64,000 nt of DNA from an uncultured Nitrospiraceae bacterium (GCA_963727805.1 CAVSHF010000003.1:544001-608000), one strand, 5' to 3'; numbered from the stretch's first letter, positions 22,488 to 31,516 are shown. Program-made: numbers and translations. The notes: generated by a model from the letters alone, not told the origin.

Positions 22488-23711
22488 TCAGTGGATTTCA
22501 CTCTTGTGCCCGCTAAACACTTTTTCGCCTAGCAGGAAAGTGAGGCCTACGAATCCCATGCCCCCAAGCACGATCATAATCTCATGAGCCGACGGCGTGT
22601 AGGTAAGAAGCTGCGAATATTCGTTGACTCCCATCTCATAATACACCGGAACAAGCTGTCCCACGATTACAAGATCGTATCTCATGAAGAAGATACCGAA
22701 GATCATCAGGGCCGATGCCGTTACGATCATTTTGAGGTTCTGTCCCCGCGACAGTATGAACAGTGCCAGCGGAATCACCATGCCCGCCGCTACCTCTAGA
22801 CCCCAGAAGTTGAACGCATAGCTGCCGGTCAGTAGCAGCTCCAGCGCTGCCGTCTTGGCTTCTCCACCCACAAAGCCGGTAATGAACTTCCAGGCCGTGA
22901 AGAACAGGATCACCGAGATGAGAAGAATCCCAACCTTCGTCGTCACCTGCAGTGCCTTTTTCATTAAACCATCCATCTTTTGACCGTTGACCTTGTAAGC
23001 CAGCCACGTGAAAAAGATGATCGTGGCTGCTCCAGACATCATGGCAGATGCGATGAAGTAAATCGGCATGTAAGGTCCATACCAGAATTCCCGGCCATGG
23101 AGCATTCCGAAAACCGCGCCCAAATTGCTATGTGCCGCAATACCTGCAACAACCCCCATAAATCCAACTATAGTGGCTATCCGCGGTTTGTTTATCACAA
23201 GAAACGTGAATTCTACCGCCATAAACAACATATAAGCTCCGTAGAGAGTTCCCATCCACCAGATGTTAGAGGTCAAATTCGGCGAAATAACATTGTAGAT
23301 CGCCATCCTCAATGGATTCTCAATCTCAAACGCTATGACGAAGAATCCCGCCATAATCGTCATAATCGATAGAAATATAGCCCTCTTTGCTATAGGCATA
23401 AAATCCTTCACTCCAAATACATGCCCTATGGAAGATACAAGACACAATCCCGTAGAGGTTACGACAAAGAAAACATATGTCGAAATCAAAATACCCCAGG
23501 GCACTTCCCTCGATGCCCCATAAGCATGCATTGTGCCGACATACTGCGCATGAATCCCCGCAGCCACAGCGGTAAGTAAAAGAAGCCCTGAGATGATTAG
23601 TGCTGCATAGTAACCTTTTGTCCCCTGCAGGCTCTGTAATACTCCAGCGGTTCCCGCTCTCCAACCGGTTAGTACTGCAGCGTCAGCAGTCTTTGTGACA
23701 TCTTCAGCCAT
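22488..23711 (-). CDS. NrfD/PsrC-type membrane quinol oxidoreductase subunit
   Basis: VPWGILISTYVFF, SNIWWMGTLY, HSNLGAVFG, MRYDLVIVGQ; many TM helices. Confidence 0.9.
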   Translation of the reverse strand: MAEDVTKTADAAVLTGWRAGTAGVLQSLQGTKGYYAALIISGLLLLTAVAAGIHAQYVGTMHAYGASREVPWGILISTYVFFVVTSTGLCLVSSIGHVFGVKDFMPIAKRAIFLSIMTIMAGFFVIAFEIENPLRMAIYNVISPNLTSNIWWMGTLYGAYMLFMAVEFTFLVINKPRIATIVGFMGVVAGIAAHSNLGAVFGMLHGREFWYGPYMPIYFIASAMMSGAATIIFFTWLAYKVNGQKMDGLMKKALQVTTKVGILLISVILFFTAWKFITGFVGGEAKTAALELLLTGSYAFNFWGLEVAAGMVIPLALFILSRGQNLKMIVTASALMIFGIFFMRYDLVIVGQLVPVYYEMGVNEYSQLLTYTPSAHEIMIVLGGMGFVGLTFLLGEKVFSGHKSEIH

Positions 23712-23742
23712 TTCCCTTTCCTCCTTTATCTTCTGTCTCTAA

Positions 23743-24075
23743 TTAACTCTTTTTCTCTTTTACCGTCAGTCCTACTTGCGCCGTCTTGCCTGCTCTTACC
23801 GTATCCGCAACGGTTCCCGTCAACCACCCTATGATCGATATGCCAACCACAAATACAAATCCCGTTACCAAAACCGCCAGTACCATCGAAAGACCTACCA
23901 GCATCCTGGGTACAAGCTCCATGCCAAGCGGAGTCCCAAAAAGATGTCCCGCGATCTTCAATCCTAAAACACCACCAATAAATGAACTCGGCAGCAACCC
24001 GATTATCGCAAACAGTACCAAGCCTGCTACCGCCCCTGAATAAAGTCCCTTTCTTGCTATGTTGCCTGTTTTCAT
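23743..24075 (-). CDS. Gly-rich small membrane protein (paralog B)
   Basis: KGLYSGAVAGLVLF..GLLPSSFIGGVLGLKIA; AAGGAG RBS. Confidence 0.8.
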   Translation of the reverse strand: MKTGNIARKGLYSGAVAGLVLFAIIGLLPSSFIGGVLGLKIAGHLFGTPLGMELVPRMLVGLSMVLAVLVTGFVFVVGISIIGWLTGTVADTVRAGKTAQVGLTVKEKKS

Positions 24076-24113
24076 AACCCACACTCCTTTCATATATAAT
24101 TGCGTTGAAATAG

Positions 24114-24419
24114 TTACACTGACCCCTGCAACCTTCTCAGCCGTGCCGCCAGGTTGATATTGGCTATCGCCCAGCCGATCAGAGACGTCCCAACAACAAA
24201 AACAAGCCCCGTCACCATTACCCCCGTTACCATCGATATGCCCACAACAGCCCTTGAAAGTAACGCAGTTTCTACGGTAGTTCCCAATACGTATGAAGCG
24301 ATCTTCAATCCAAGTACTCCACCTACAAAGGAACTGGGCAGCATGCCGATCAGTATGAATAAAACCAATCCTGCCGTCGCCCCTATGTATAAGCCTTTCT
24401 TTGCAGTTTCCGTTTTCAT
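24114..24419 (-). CDS. Gly-rich small membrane protein (paralog A)
   Basis: KGLYIGATAGLVLF..GMLPSSFVGGVLGLKIA; AGGAGG RBS. Confidence 0.8.
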   Translation of the reverse strand: MKTETAKKGLYIGATAGLVLFILIGMLPSSFVGGVLGLKIASYVLGTTVETALLSRAVVGISMVTGVMVTGLVFVVGTSLIGWAIANINLAARLRRLQGSV

Positions 24420-24454
24420 GTGCCCTGTCCTCCTTTGTTCAGTTATCTATATCA

Positions 24455-24470
24455 AGCAGATTCCATGCCA
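24455..24470 (-). promoter_or_regulatory. Sigma54 (-24/-12) promoter of the NrfD/NrfC/cytochrome operon
   Basis: TGGCATGGAATCTGCT = GG-N10-GC, about 35 nt before the first ATG. Confidence 0.75.
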
Positions 24471-24893
24471 TCTCTTATTTCATTGATATTTCAGATATTT
24501 TTGTTTGATTTGTTTTGCAGAAATGCAAAAATATTTGCGGCTATAGGCATAAAAGCGAAAATGCTATCGATTGAAGGACGCTTCAGATCACGGTCCATCC
24601 ACACGGCGCCGCCTTCCGCCCCGGACGGCGTGAACACTGATAAACCTCAGCGCCGTCAGTATCATGAATGATTATGGAAATAATCATCGAACCGGCGTTA
24701 TCGTGCTCTATTTAGAGTCATTACCGCAGAGACATGGTTTATTATACAAGCTTTCTTGCTGAAGTCGAGACCATCGCTCGCCATGGAGGATGTTGGTGCC
24801 ACCTGCCAGTCACGAGTTCTCGCAGTATGGCCAGATCAATGATTAACAAAAAAGCTCACTGACCCGCAGTAGGTTGTTTTCTCAGAGGGAAAA

Positions 24894-26483
24894 TCATTCT
24901 GTCGTCTTCGGCTTTGGTAGTGTGAAGTAAAACATAGCGCCCTGTCCCATAATGCTTTCGGCCCAGACTTTTCCGCCATGTCGGGATATAATGCGCTGCA
25001 CATTCGCGAGGCCAATGCCCGTACCTTCAAATTCCTCCTGTGTATGTAGTCGCTGGAATACGCCGAAAAGCCTATCTGCATATTTCATGTCAAACCCTAT
25101 GCCGTTGTCTTTGACGAAAAAGATAGTTTCATCCTTGTCATTTTTATAGCCAATCTTAATTTCAGCATGGGGACGAGTACTCGTGTATTTAATTGCATTA
25201 GAGACCAGATTAGAAAGTACGAGACTCAGCATCGATGGATCACCATATACGTCAGGAAGTTCATCAATATCCCATGTAATATCTCGCGCCTGCACTTCAT
25301 GCTGACCTTCCCGGATAGCCGATCTCACAAGGGCACTTAAGTTTATTTTCTTCCTTTGCATCTCTGCACGGCCCATGCGGGAAAAAGCAAGAAGGTCGTC
25401 GATTAGCATCCCCATCCGTTTGGCAGAACCTGCTATCATATCTATATACTGTTGGCCTTTCACATCAAGTTGGCTCTGCACATGCTTTCGCAGCAATTCG
25501 ACAAAGCTCGACATGTGCCGGAGGGGGGCTCGAAGATCATGAGAAACTGTGTAGCTAAACTTCTCCAGTTCCTGATTCGCAGCAGTCAATTCGGTTGTAC
25601 GCTCCGCCACCAAATCCTCCAGATGCATCCGATATCGCTCCAACTCTTTCTCAGCTCCTTTGCGTTCGCTGATATCGCGTGCGACATGTACTCCTCCAAC
25701 CAACCGCCCATCCTTGCCGCGTAACGGCGAAACGGTTACCAGGTAATCAGCAGCCAAGCGGTCGTCGCGCATCTCCACGGTGCATTCTCGTCCGTCCTCA
25801 AGAACCCGGCTGTATGGACAACTCGGCGGGGCCACGCTGTTACCGCAGACTGCGCCATAACATGTTAGTCCGACACATTCCTCTGGTGGCATGCCCAGCC
25901 TGACTGCCATAGCCTTGTTCGCACGGACAATTCGATATTCAAGGTCTAGCAAGGCGATCGCGTCGGGGACCGCTTCGAATGTTCGTTCCCAATCGTCCTT
26001 CGCTTGAAGGACGGCCGTCTCTGAAATTTTGCGGGAGTACGTTGCTCCAATAAGTCCGGCAACTGCCAAATAGAGATCAAGTGTTTCATTCTCCAGCTGA
26101 GTGGCCGATAGGTGCCCCACCATCATCACCGCGATCACATGATTTTCATGAGGTATGGGAAAGAAGGCTGCAGCGATTGGATCATCAGATGGAATGGATA
26201 TAAACGTGAGAAAGCCGTTCTCAAAAACATCGCCCATCGCTTCGATGATTTCAGGTTTCGAAAGCCGACGTGAGGCACCCCTATCGGAAAATGCCCAGTG
26301 GTCGATCTCGATTGCTCCGTCAGGATGCTGTCTTCCAAAGGCAGCAAAGTCGGCCCCGAAAAACTTGATCAGTACCTTTCCCGCCTCTTCCCAGATATCC
26401 TGCCCGGTTGTCAGAGCGGCTAAATATTGGGCGGCATTTATAAACGCCTTCAATTGGTGCTTATCAGAAAACGATCTGGTCAT
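24894..26483 (-). CDS. Cytoplasmic GAF-like/PAS histidine kinase (Cph1-like transmitter)
   Basis: FSYTVSHDLRAPLRH, FQRLHTQEEFEGTGIGLA; PAS with TCYGAVCG..SCP; start set to MTRSFSDK. Confidence 0.9.
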   Translation of the reverse strand: MTRSFSDKHQLKAFINAAQYLAALTTGQDIWEEAGKVLIKFFGADFAAFGRQHPDGAIEIDHWAFSDRGASRRLSKPEIIEAMGDVFENGFLTFISIPSDDPIAAAFFPIPHENHVIAVMMVGHLSATQLENETLDLYLAVAGLIGATYSRKISETAVLQAKDDWERTFEAVPDAIALLDLEYRIVRANKAMAVRLGMPPEECVGLTCYGAVCGNSVAPPSCPYSRVLEDGRECTVEMRDDRLAADYLVTVSPLRGKDGRLVGGVHVARDISERKGAEKELERYRMHLEDLVAERTTELTAANQELEKFSYTVSHDLRAPLRHMSSFVELLRKHVQSQLDVKGQQYIDMIAGSAKRMGMLIDDLLAFSRMGRAEMQRKKINLSALVRSAIREGQHEVQARDITWDIDELPDVYGDPSMLSLVLSNLVSNAIKYTSTRPHAEIKIGYKNDKDETIFFVKDNGIGFDMKYADRLFGVFQRLHTQEEFEGTGIGLANVQRIISRHGGKVWAESIMGQGAMFYFTLPKPKTTE

Positions 26484-28089
26484 GGCAAATATTCTCAATA
26501 CTAGATTGTAAATGGAGATTTTCAAGGAAAAGCGTCTCGAACTCGGCGACGGAGGATAAATTTACAAAGACTGCATTACTCCTGACCTCCTGCAACCGTG
26601 CTTTAGCGTCAGGCGAAAGGAGCAATGCTTCGCATCCGGAGAGTGCCGTGTTGCCAGAAGTTTCTATAGATAGCCCAATGATTGCCGGCAGAAGCCCTAT
26701 CTGCTGAGCATTTGCTATATTGAGATATTGTCCGAAAATTCCGCCAATGCATATTCGCCGCAACTCGCGATATTCCATGCCTGCTTTCGTCATCAGGACC
26801 TTGACGGCTACTCCGATGGCGGCTTTTGCGCGTTGAAACATGTCGATGTCTCTCTTGGTCAGGACAATCTCCAGGTCGTCGCGACGAATTGGCAATCCAT
26901 ATGCTGGAACGGACGGTGCGAATTGCCCCTTGTTGTTCAATGTCCCGTTTCTAACGAGGCATGCAAGCAGGTCTACCATGCCGGACCCGCACAAACCTCG
27001 TGGTTCGGCGTCGGCAACGACGTCGAATGCAAGCTCTCCTGTCGTATCGGAAATATGTACACGGTAAATGGCGCCCGGTTCCGCCGCCATGCCGCAGCTT
27101 ATACCGCAACCCTCAAAAGCTGGGCCTCCGGCTGCAGATGTCGCCCATAGCTTGTTCCCGTCCCAAAGGGCTACCTCCGAATTGGTCCCAAAATCGACCA
27201 GAAGAGCACCGCGACCATGTTCAATCAGGTTTGTTGCTATGACGCCGGAAAGAAGATCGGAGCCTACAAAACCTGCCAAGGGAGCAATAACGTCGATAGC
27301 CGCTTTCGAGCTAATCCCCCAGTTAGCACCCCATGATGCCGTTTCCAGAGGAAGGCATTCAATAGATTCACTCCAGTAGCGCGGTTGCAACAAAAGATGA
27401 TGGTTTTGCCCCGACAACAGGGCCAGCATCGCGGTGTTTCCCACTATAACAACACGTTCAACCCTTCGCAGGTCGATTCCCTCCCTAGTTCCAATATCGT
27501 GCAAACCCTCACCTATTGCCTGAATAACCTGTCGGCTCAATTTTTCACCATGTTCGTCTGATTGTGCCGACATCAGGCGAGTCAGGACATCGGTGCCCGA
27601 GTCAGATTGCGGATTAAGGCCACGGCGCCCCGCCAAACGGCCGTGGGTTTGAATATCCAGCAATGAAATTGAAATGTGGGTAGTTCCGAGATCTACACTG
27701 GCGCCGATAGGATGTGCTGTTTCCGGGTGAGACGCCCGTTGTGAGCCCGGGATGCAGGTTTTGTTCCATCCCCGGTCGAGGCTACGCCATACCGATTTGG
27801 GGGCGGGGCTGAGAATCTCGATTTGCATATCCCGCTCCACTTTCACCTGGCAGGCAAGCCGCACCCCTTGAGACAGCAACCTTGTGCCGAGGTTTGTCAG
27901 CTCATTCACCGAAGGTGCCCCCGCGTTGCCGCCCACAACCTTGATGCGGCACATGCCGCAGGCGCCCGCACCGTTACATCCGCTGCGGACCCGCAGGTCA
28001 GTTTCATCGAGGATATCACGGACGGAACGACCGGACAGGAATGGCATCTGTCGATCTTTATCCGCCCGCTTAACAGTGAGAATAGGCAC
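26464..28089 (-). CDS. [2Fe-2S]/ASKHA ATP-dependent corrinoid reductive activator (RACE/RACo/RamA-like)
   Basis: CNGAGACGMC..RLAC; VDLGTT, VDFGTNSE, GPAFEG, GLCGSG. Confidence 0.9.
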   Translation of the reverse strand: MPILTVKRADKDRQMPFLSGRSVRDILDETDLRVRSGCNGAGACGMCRIKVVGGNAGAPSVNELTNLGTRLLSQGVRLACQVKVERDMQIEILSPAPKSVWRSLDRGWNKTCIPGSQRASHPETAHPIGASVDLGTTHISISLLDIQTHGRLAGRRGLNPQSDSGTDVLTRLMSAQSDEHGEKLSRQVIQAIGEGLHDIGTREGIDLRRVERVVIVGNTAMLALLSGQNHHLLLQPRYWSESIECLPLETASWGANWGISSKAAIDVIAPLAGFVGSDLLSGVIATNLIEHGRGALLVDFGTNSEVALWDGNKLWATSAAGGPAFEGCGISCGMAAEPGAIYRVHISDTTGELAFDVVADAEPRGLCGSGMVDLLACLVRNGTLNNKGQFAPSVPAYGLPIRRDDLEIVLTKRDIDMFQRAKAAIGVAVKVLMTKAGMEYRELRRICIGGIFGQYLNIANAQQIGLLPAIIGLSIETSGNTALSGCEALLLSPDAKARLQEVRSNAVFVNLSSVAEFETLFLENLHLQSSIENICHDQIVF

Positions 28090-29105
28090 TAAATCACCAC
28101 TTGTCGTGTGGCGCGCACCATGGCGACCACATTCTCAGGTTTGGATTCTGGGGGGATTTCACATCCGGAAGAGAGGATAAGGCCTCCGTGCGAACTGAAA
28201 AGTTCCAGCAAACTTGCCGACTCCTCAGCAATGTCGTCTGGTGTAGCTTCGACAAAAGAAAGTGGTTTTATGTTGCCGTCAAGACAGGTCTGGGGCAGAA
28301 TCTGCCGTGCACGAAGTGGATCGATGCAGTAATCGAAATTTGCAATGTCCACTCCGGCCTCCGGATAAAAAGGATAGATCGTTTCAGCCGGACCGGCGAT
28401 ATGAAGCCAGCTGGCAAACGATCCTCCTGACTTCAATGCAGAAAAAAGCCTTTTTATGCGCGGCAGCACGAACTCACGGAAAAACTGTGGAGGGATGACC
28501 GCTGGCGAGGCGGAAGGATCGAATACCAACGGCAGATGTGCCCCTGCATCGATCTGAGCCAAGCCGAAAGAAACAGCAACTTCTAATGAAAAATCTAGAA
28601 CTTTGGCAAAGAGATCCGGTTCGTCTGCGGCAAGGAAAAGAGTCTTCTCTGGCCCCATCAATTGCATTGCCAGAGTCATCGGGCCTAAGACGCAGCCGAC
28701 AATCAGGACCTCGTCCTGCAGCTCACGGCGCATAATCTGCGCAGCCTTGAGTATTTCAGGCATGCGACCGCTCCGTTTGGGATCCGGCACAGCGAGCTTA
28801 TCCACGTCCCCGGCATCCGCAATTGCATACTGTTCGATAAATGGGTACATATCGGCGCGGTAGGTCAGGCTCGCACCAACCGCTTCGGTCTCCACGCCGG
28901 CATCCATGAGTGCGAAGACGGCATCGTAGCCGTAATAAGAAAGTGCATTCATCTGGCAGCGCGCCAATAGTTCGCCGTCTCTGACATACGATCCCAGGGA
29001 CACATTACCGAGGACAGCCGCATGCCCGAAAACCTGAGCAATCACAGGCACTCGGTCAGGTTTTCCAAAACTTAACGTCGCCTGAATCCGATCCAGGCTG
29101 TTCAT
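28089..29105 (-). CDS. URO-D/MtaA-like methylcobamide methyltransferase family protein
   Basis: PDRVPV, ETEAVG, GPMTLA, LHIAG, GNIKP, LSSGCEIP. Confidence 0.88.
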   Translation of the reverse strand: MNSLDRIQATLSFGKPDRVPVIAQVFGHAAVLGNVSLGSYVRDGELLARCQMNALSYYGYDAVFALMDAGVETEAVGASLTYRADMYPFIEQYAIADAGDVDKLAVPDPKRSGRMPEILKAAQIMRRELQDEVLIVGCVLGPMTLAMQLMGPEKTLFLAADEPDLFAKVLDFSLEVAVSFGLAQIDAGAHLPLVFDPSASPAVIPPQFFREFVLPRIKRLFSALKSGGSFASWLHIAGPAETIYPFYPEAGVDIANFDYCIDPLRARQILPQTCLDGNIKPLSFVEATPDDIAEESASLLELFSSHGGLILSSGCEIPPESKPENVVAMVRATRQVVI

Positions 29106-29740
29106 TTTATCTCCTGGTTAGGACGATCGAGGTAACGAATGCCATCAAAAACGGAATCTGCCACATAATCCACATTGAGAATATCCTCACTAGCCTGCTT
29201 CAATGCTGCTCCCCCCGCTAAAATCTTTACTTTTGTCAGACCGCGCGCTCGCGCCAAAGGCATGACCCGCCGCACCAATGGGATAACGCTCGTTATAAGG
29301 CCGCTTATAGCAATTATCTCTGCCCCTTCCCGAACGGCGGCATCAACCAGTTTCTCTACAGGACAGTCCTTGCCGCAATCAACGACCCTGTATCCCTTGG
29401 CAGTCATGATAGTCTTGACAATATTTTTCCCCAGGTCATGAACATCACCTTCAAGGCTTGCAATTACAACAATTCCTCGTGTGGCTAGAGGGGGCAAATC
29501 AGGATAAAGTGTCTTGATAACTCCCATCACCGCCCGCCCGACAAGCATTATTTCAAGCAGGTTGAACTGCTCCACAGTGCATTTTGTATCGAGCAACTCC
29601 ATGGCTTTCTCAATGCCATCGGTAATGATCACTTCATTATCAATGCTGGCATTTCGCAAGACAGTTACCTCAGAAATGGCACGTGCCTGATCACCATCTA
29701 GCAAAGCTTCAATAAGTTTTTCCAGAGATTGGTTATTCAT
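29102..29740 (-). CDS. Cobalamin-binding corrinoid protein (MtaC/MtbC-like)
   Basis: Helical cap plus GDVHDLGKNIV (DxHxxG), ISGL, AGGA. Confidence 0.93.
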   Translation of the reverse strand: MNNQSLEKLIEALLDGDQARAISEVTVLRNASIDNEVIITDGIEKAMELLDTKCTVEQFNLLEIMLVGRAVMGVIKTLYPDLPPLATRGIVVIASLEGDVHDLGKNIVKTIMTAKGYRVVDCGKDCPVEKLVDAAVREGAEIIAISGLITSVIPLVRRVMPLARARGLTKVKILAGGAALKQASEDILNVDYVADSVFDGIRYLDRPNQEIK

Positions 29741-30336
29741 AGATCATCTGAATATATTTTCTATGTTAGAATGACGGAAAGCTTCTGGTCAAGAAAGTGC
29801 TGTGGGAGAAGGTGCATATTTTGCTCACAGACCATTTCTTAAGCTATGGAAGGCGGATATGTTGTTAACCCCTGACAAAAGGTGTTGACCCTATTTCCAT
29901 GTAACGACACATTCCGCCTAAACTCCACAACGGCAGTCTGTTTGGCCTACCTCCCTTATTAACTGCAGTCCAATATACTACTTTAAATCTAAACCGGTTT
30001 AAATGAAGCGGGTCAACTATATGCAATCATTCTGTGCGGCGTCCGAACTACATTGGAACTCGTGTACAAACCTGCTCGGAATTTCCTGCTTAGTCTTTCC
30101 GCTTCAATCAGCAACGCTCGCATATCCAAAAAGCATTTACTTTCGAGAAGTTATTCGCACTGTAGTTTGCATTTTATTTGTAACATAGTAGACGTATACA
30201 TAAATCCTCCAATATCAAGCGTTTATTTCACAATAAAAGCCGGCTTGTATCAATAGATGGGACTTTAGCGAGCGAAATGGTATATATTAGTTACCCCATA
30301 TAACAAGTTAACACTACTTCAGCCACGGCAACATCA

Positions 30337-30717
30337 CTAGTGGCTGCACCCTCCCCCCTGACTATGTCCCGCACAAGTGTGCTGAGGGGTAAACTGCGGC
30401 AGGGAGCCGGCTTTCAACAACCCAACGTTTTCACCTATAGTTGTCTTCTTCGCTTGAAAGACCCTTATACCTTTCTGGTTCAGTTTGTTCAAAGCACCGG
30501 CACCGATACCTCCCACCACTACAGCGTCAACTTGCTCACCGTTCATAGCCATAACGGGGTTACAAGCCCCATGTTCATGGTGCTGATCACTGTTGCTGAT
30601 CGTTGAAACACTGCCTGTCTCAGTATTAACAATGACAAAGTTTGGCGCAGACCCAAAATGGTTATAGACAATACTGTTCATGTCCTTATTTTCCAAAACG
30701 GGAAAACATATTTTCAT
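30337..30717 (-). CDS. NifB/NifX family (dinitrogenase FeMo-co biosynthesis-like) protein
   Basis: KICFP, HFGSAPNF, GGIGAGA, His/Cys-rich tail. Confidence 0.88.
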   Translation of the reverse strand: MKICFPVLENKDMNSIVYNHFGSAPNFVIVNTETGSVSTISNSDQHHEHGACNPVMAMNGEQVDAVVVGGIGAGALNKLNQKGIRVFQAKKTTIGENVGLLKAGSLPQFTPQHTCAGHSQGGGCSH

Positions 30718-30740
30718 TACTCGACCTCCATAAATTTATT

Positions 30741-30821
30741 ATGCACATATGCTCATATTATACTTTCTTCACCGTATATGTCAAACAATTCTTGACATAA
30801 TTTTGACCATATGCCGATAAT
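30741..30821. promoter_or_regulatory. Divergent sigma70 promoters with two CATATG-centred palindromes
   Basis: Minus TTGACA-16-TATAAT (30784-30757); plus TTGACA-18-GATAAT (30792-30821); ATGCACATATGCTCAT and TTGACCATATGCCGAT. Confidence 0.65.
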
Positions 30822-30827
30822 ATTCTC

Positions 30828-31115
30828 ATGCCCAGACCAAAAAAGTGCAGGCACATAAAGTGCCAGCCCAACTCCTACTACTTTAAACCGAGAGGCATCC
30901 CGCTTGTTGATTTAGAAGAGGTTGTACTTACGATAGATGAATTTGAAGCAATCAGGCTTGCGGATCACAAGCGGCTTTACCAACATGCAGCGGCAACTGA
31001 AATGCGCATATCACGGTCAACTTTCGGACGCATCCTTGCCCAGGGGCACAGGAAAGTGGCTGAAGCCCTCACATGTGGGAAAGCCCTTAAGATTGAGGCT
31101 TTAACTAAAAAGTAA
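30828..31115 (+). CDS. DUF134 (UPF0251) HTH protein
   Basis: MPRPKKCR, YFKPRGIP, EFEAIRLAD, MRISRSTFGRIL, KVAEAL. Confidence 0.92.
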   Translation: MPRPKKCRHIKCQPNSYYFKPRGIPLVDLEEVVLTIDEFEAIRLADHKRLYQHAAATEMRISRSTFGRILAQGHRKVAEALTCGKALKIEALTKK

Positions 31116-31461
31116 ACACTTTGGATTCCGCTGCCAAACTAATCAGCATTTTCGCTTTTTCGAACCTCGCCGAGGCAACAAGGTCTTCTTCCCCCATGTG
31201 TCGTGCATTGGCACAGGGGGTGCAAACGAAGATAGGCACCTCAGCCTTTATAAGATAATCCAATAAAGGTTTCAATTCGTCGCCGGTCGGAGACTTCATA
31301 TTGTCCACCATGCCAATTCTGGCAATATTCACGCCGTCTTCTATCAAGAAGACACTTACCTCATGTCCTTCCTCTTTCGCGACTTTCGCCAAGTGGATAC
31401 AACGGGTAGCTCTAACCGGATCATCCGTCCCCCTACTTAAAACAAACAGGAATTTTGCCAT
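31105..31461 (-). CDS. DsrE family protein
   Basis: VSVFLIEDGV, VCTPCANAR; AAGGAGG RBS before MAKFLF. Confidence 0.85.
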   Translation of the reverse strand: MAKFLFVLSRGTDDPVRATRCIHLAKVAKEEGHEVSVFLIEDGVNIARIGMVDNMKSPTGDELKPLLDYLIKAEVPIFVCTPCANARHMGEEDLVASARFEKAKMLISLAAESKVFTF

Positions 31462-31483
31462 CTCAGCCTCCTTAAAACGTCTC

Positions 31484-31516
31484 TGACAACCTTCCCGGCA
31501 TAAATGCCAGGAATTC
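31484..31516 (-). repeat. Solo IS200/IS605-type right-end hairpin
   Basis: GAATTCCTGGCATTTATGCCGGGAAGGTTGTCA shares the GGCATTTATGCC hairpin with the TnpB relic end at 55603-55636. Confidence 0.5.

Noticed and set aside
29741..30000. Cobalamin riboswitch upstream of the corrinoid operon
   Set aside because: No B12-box or GGGAA...GCCACTG motifs visible
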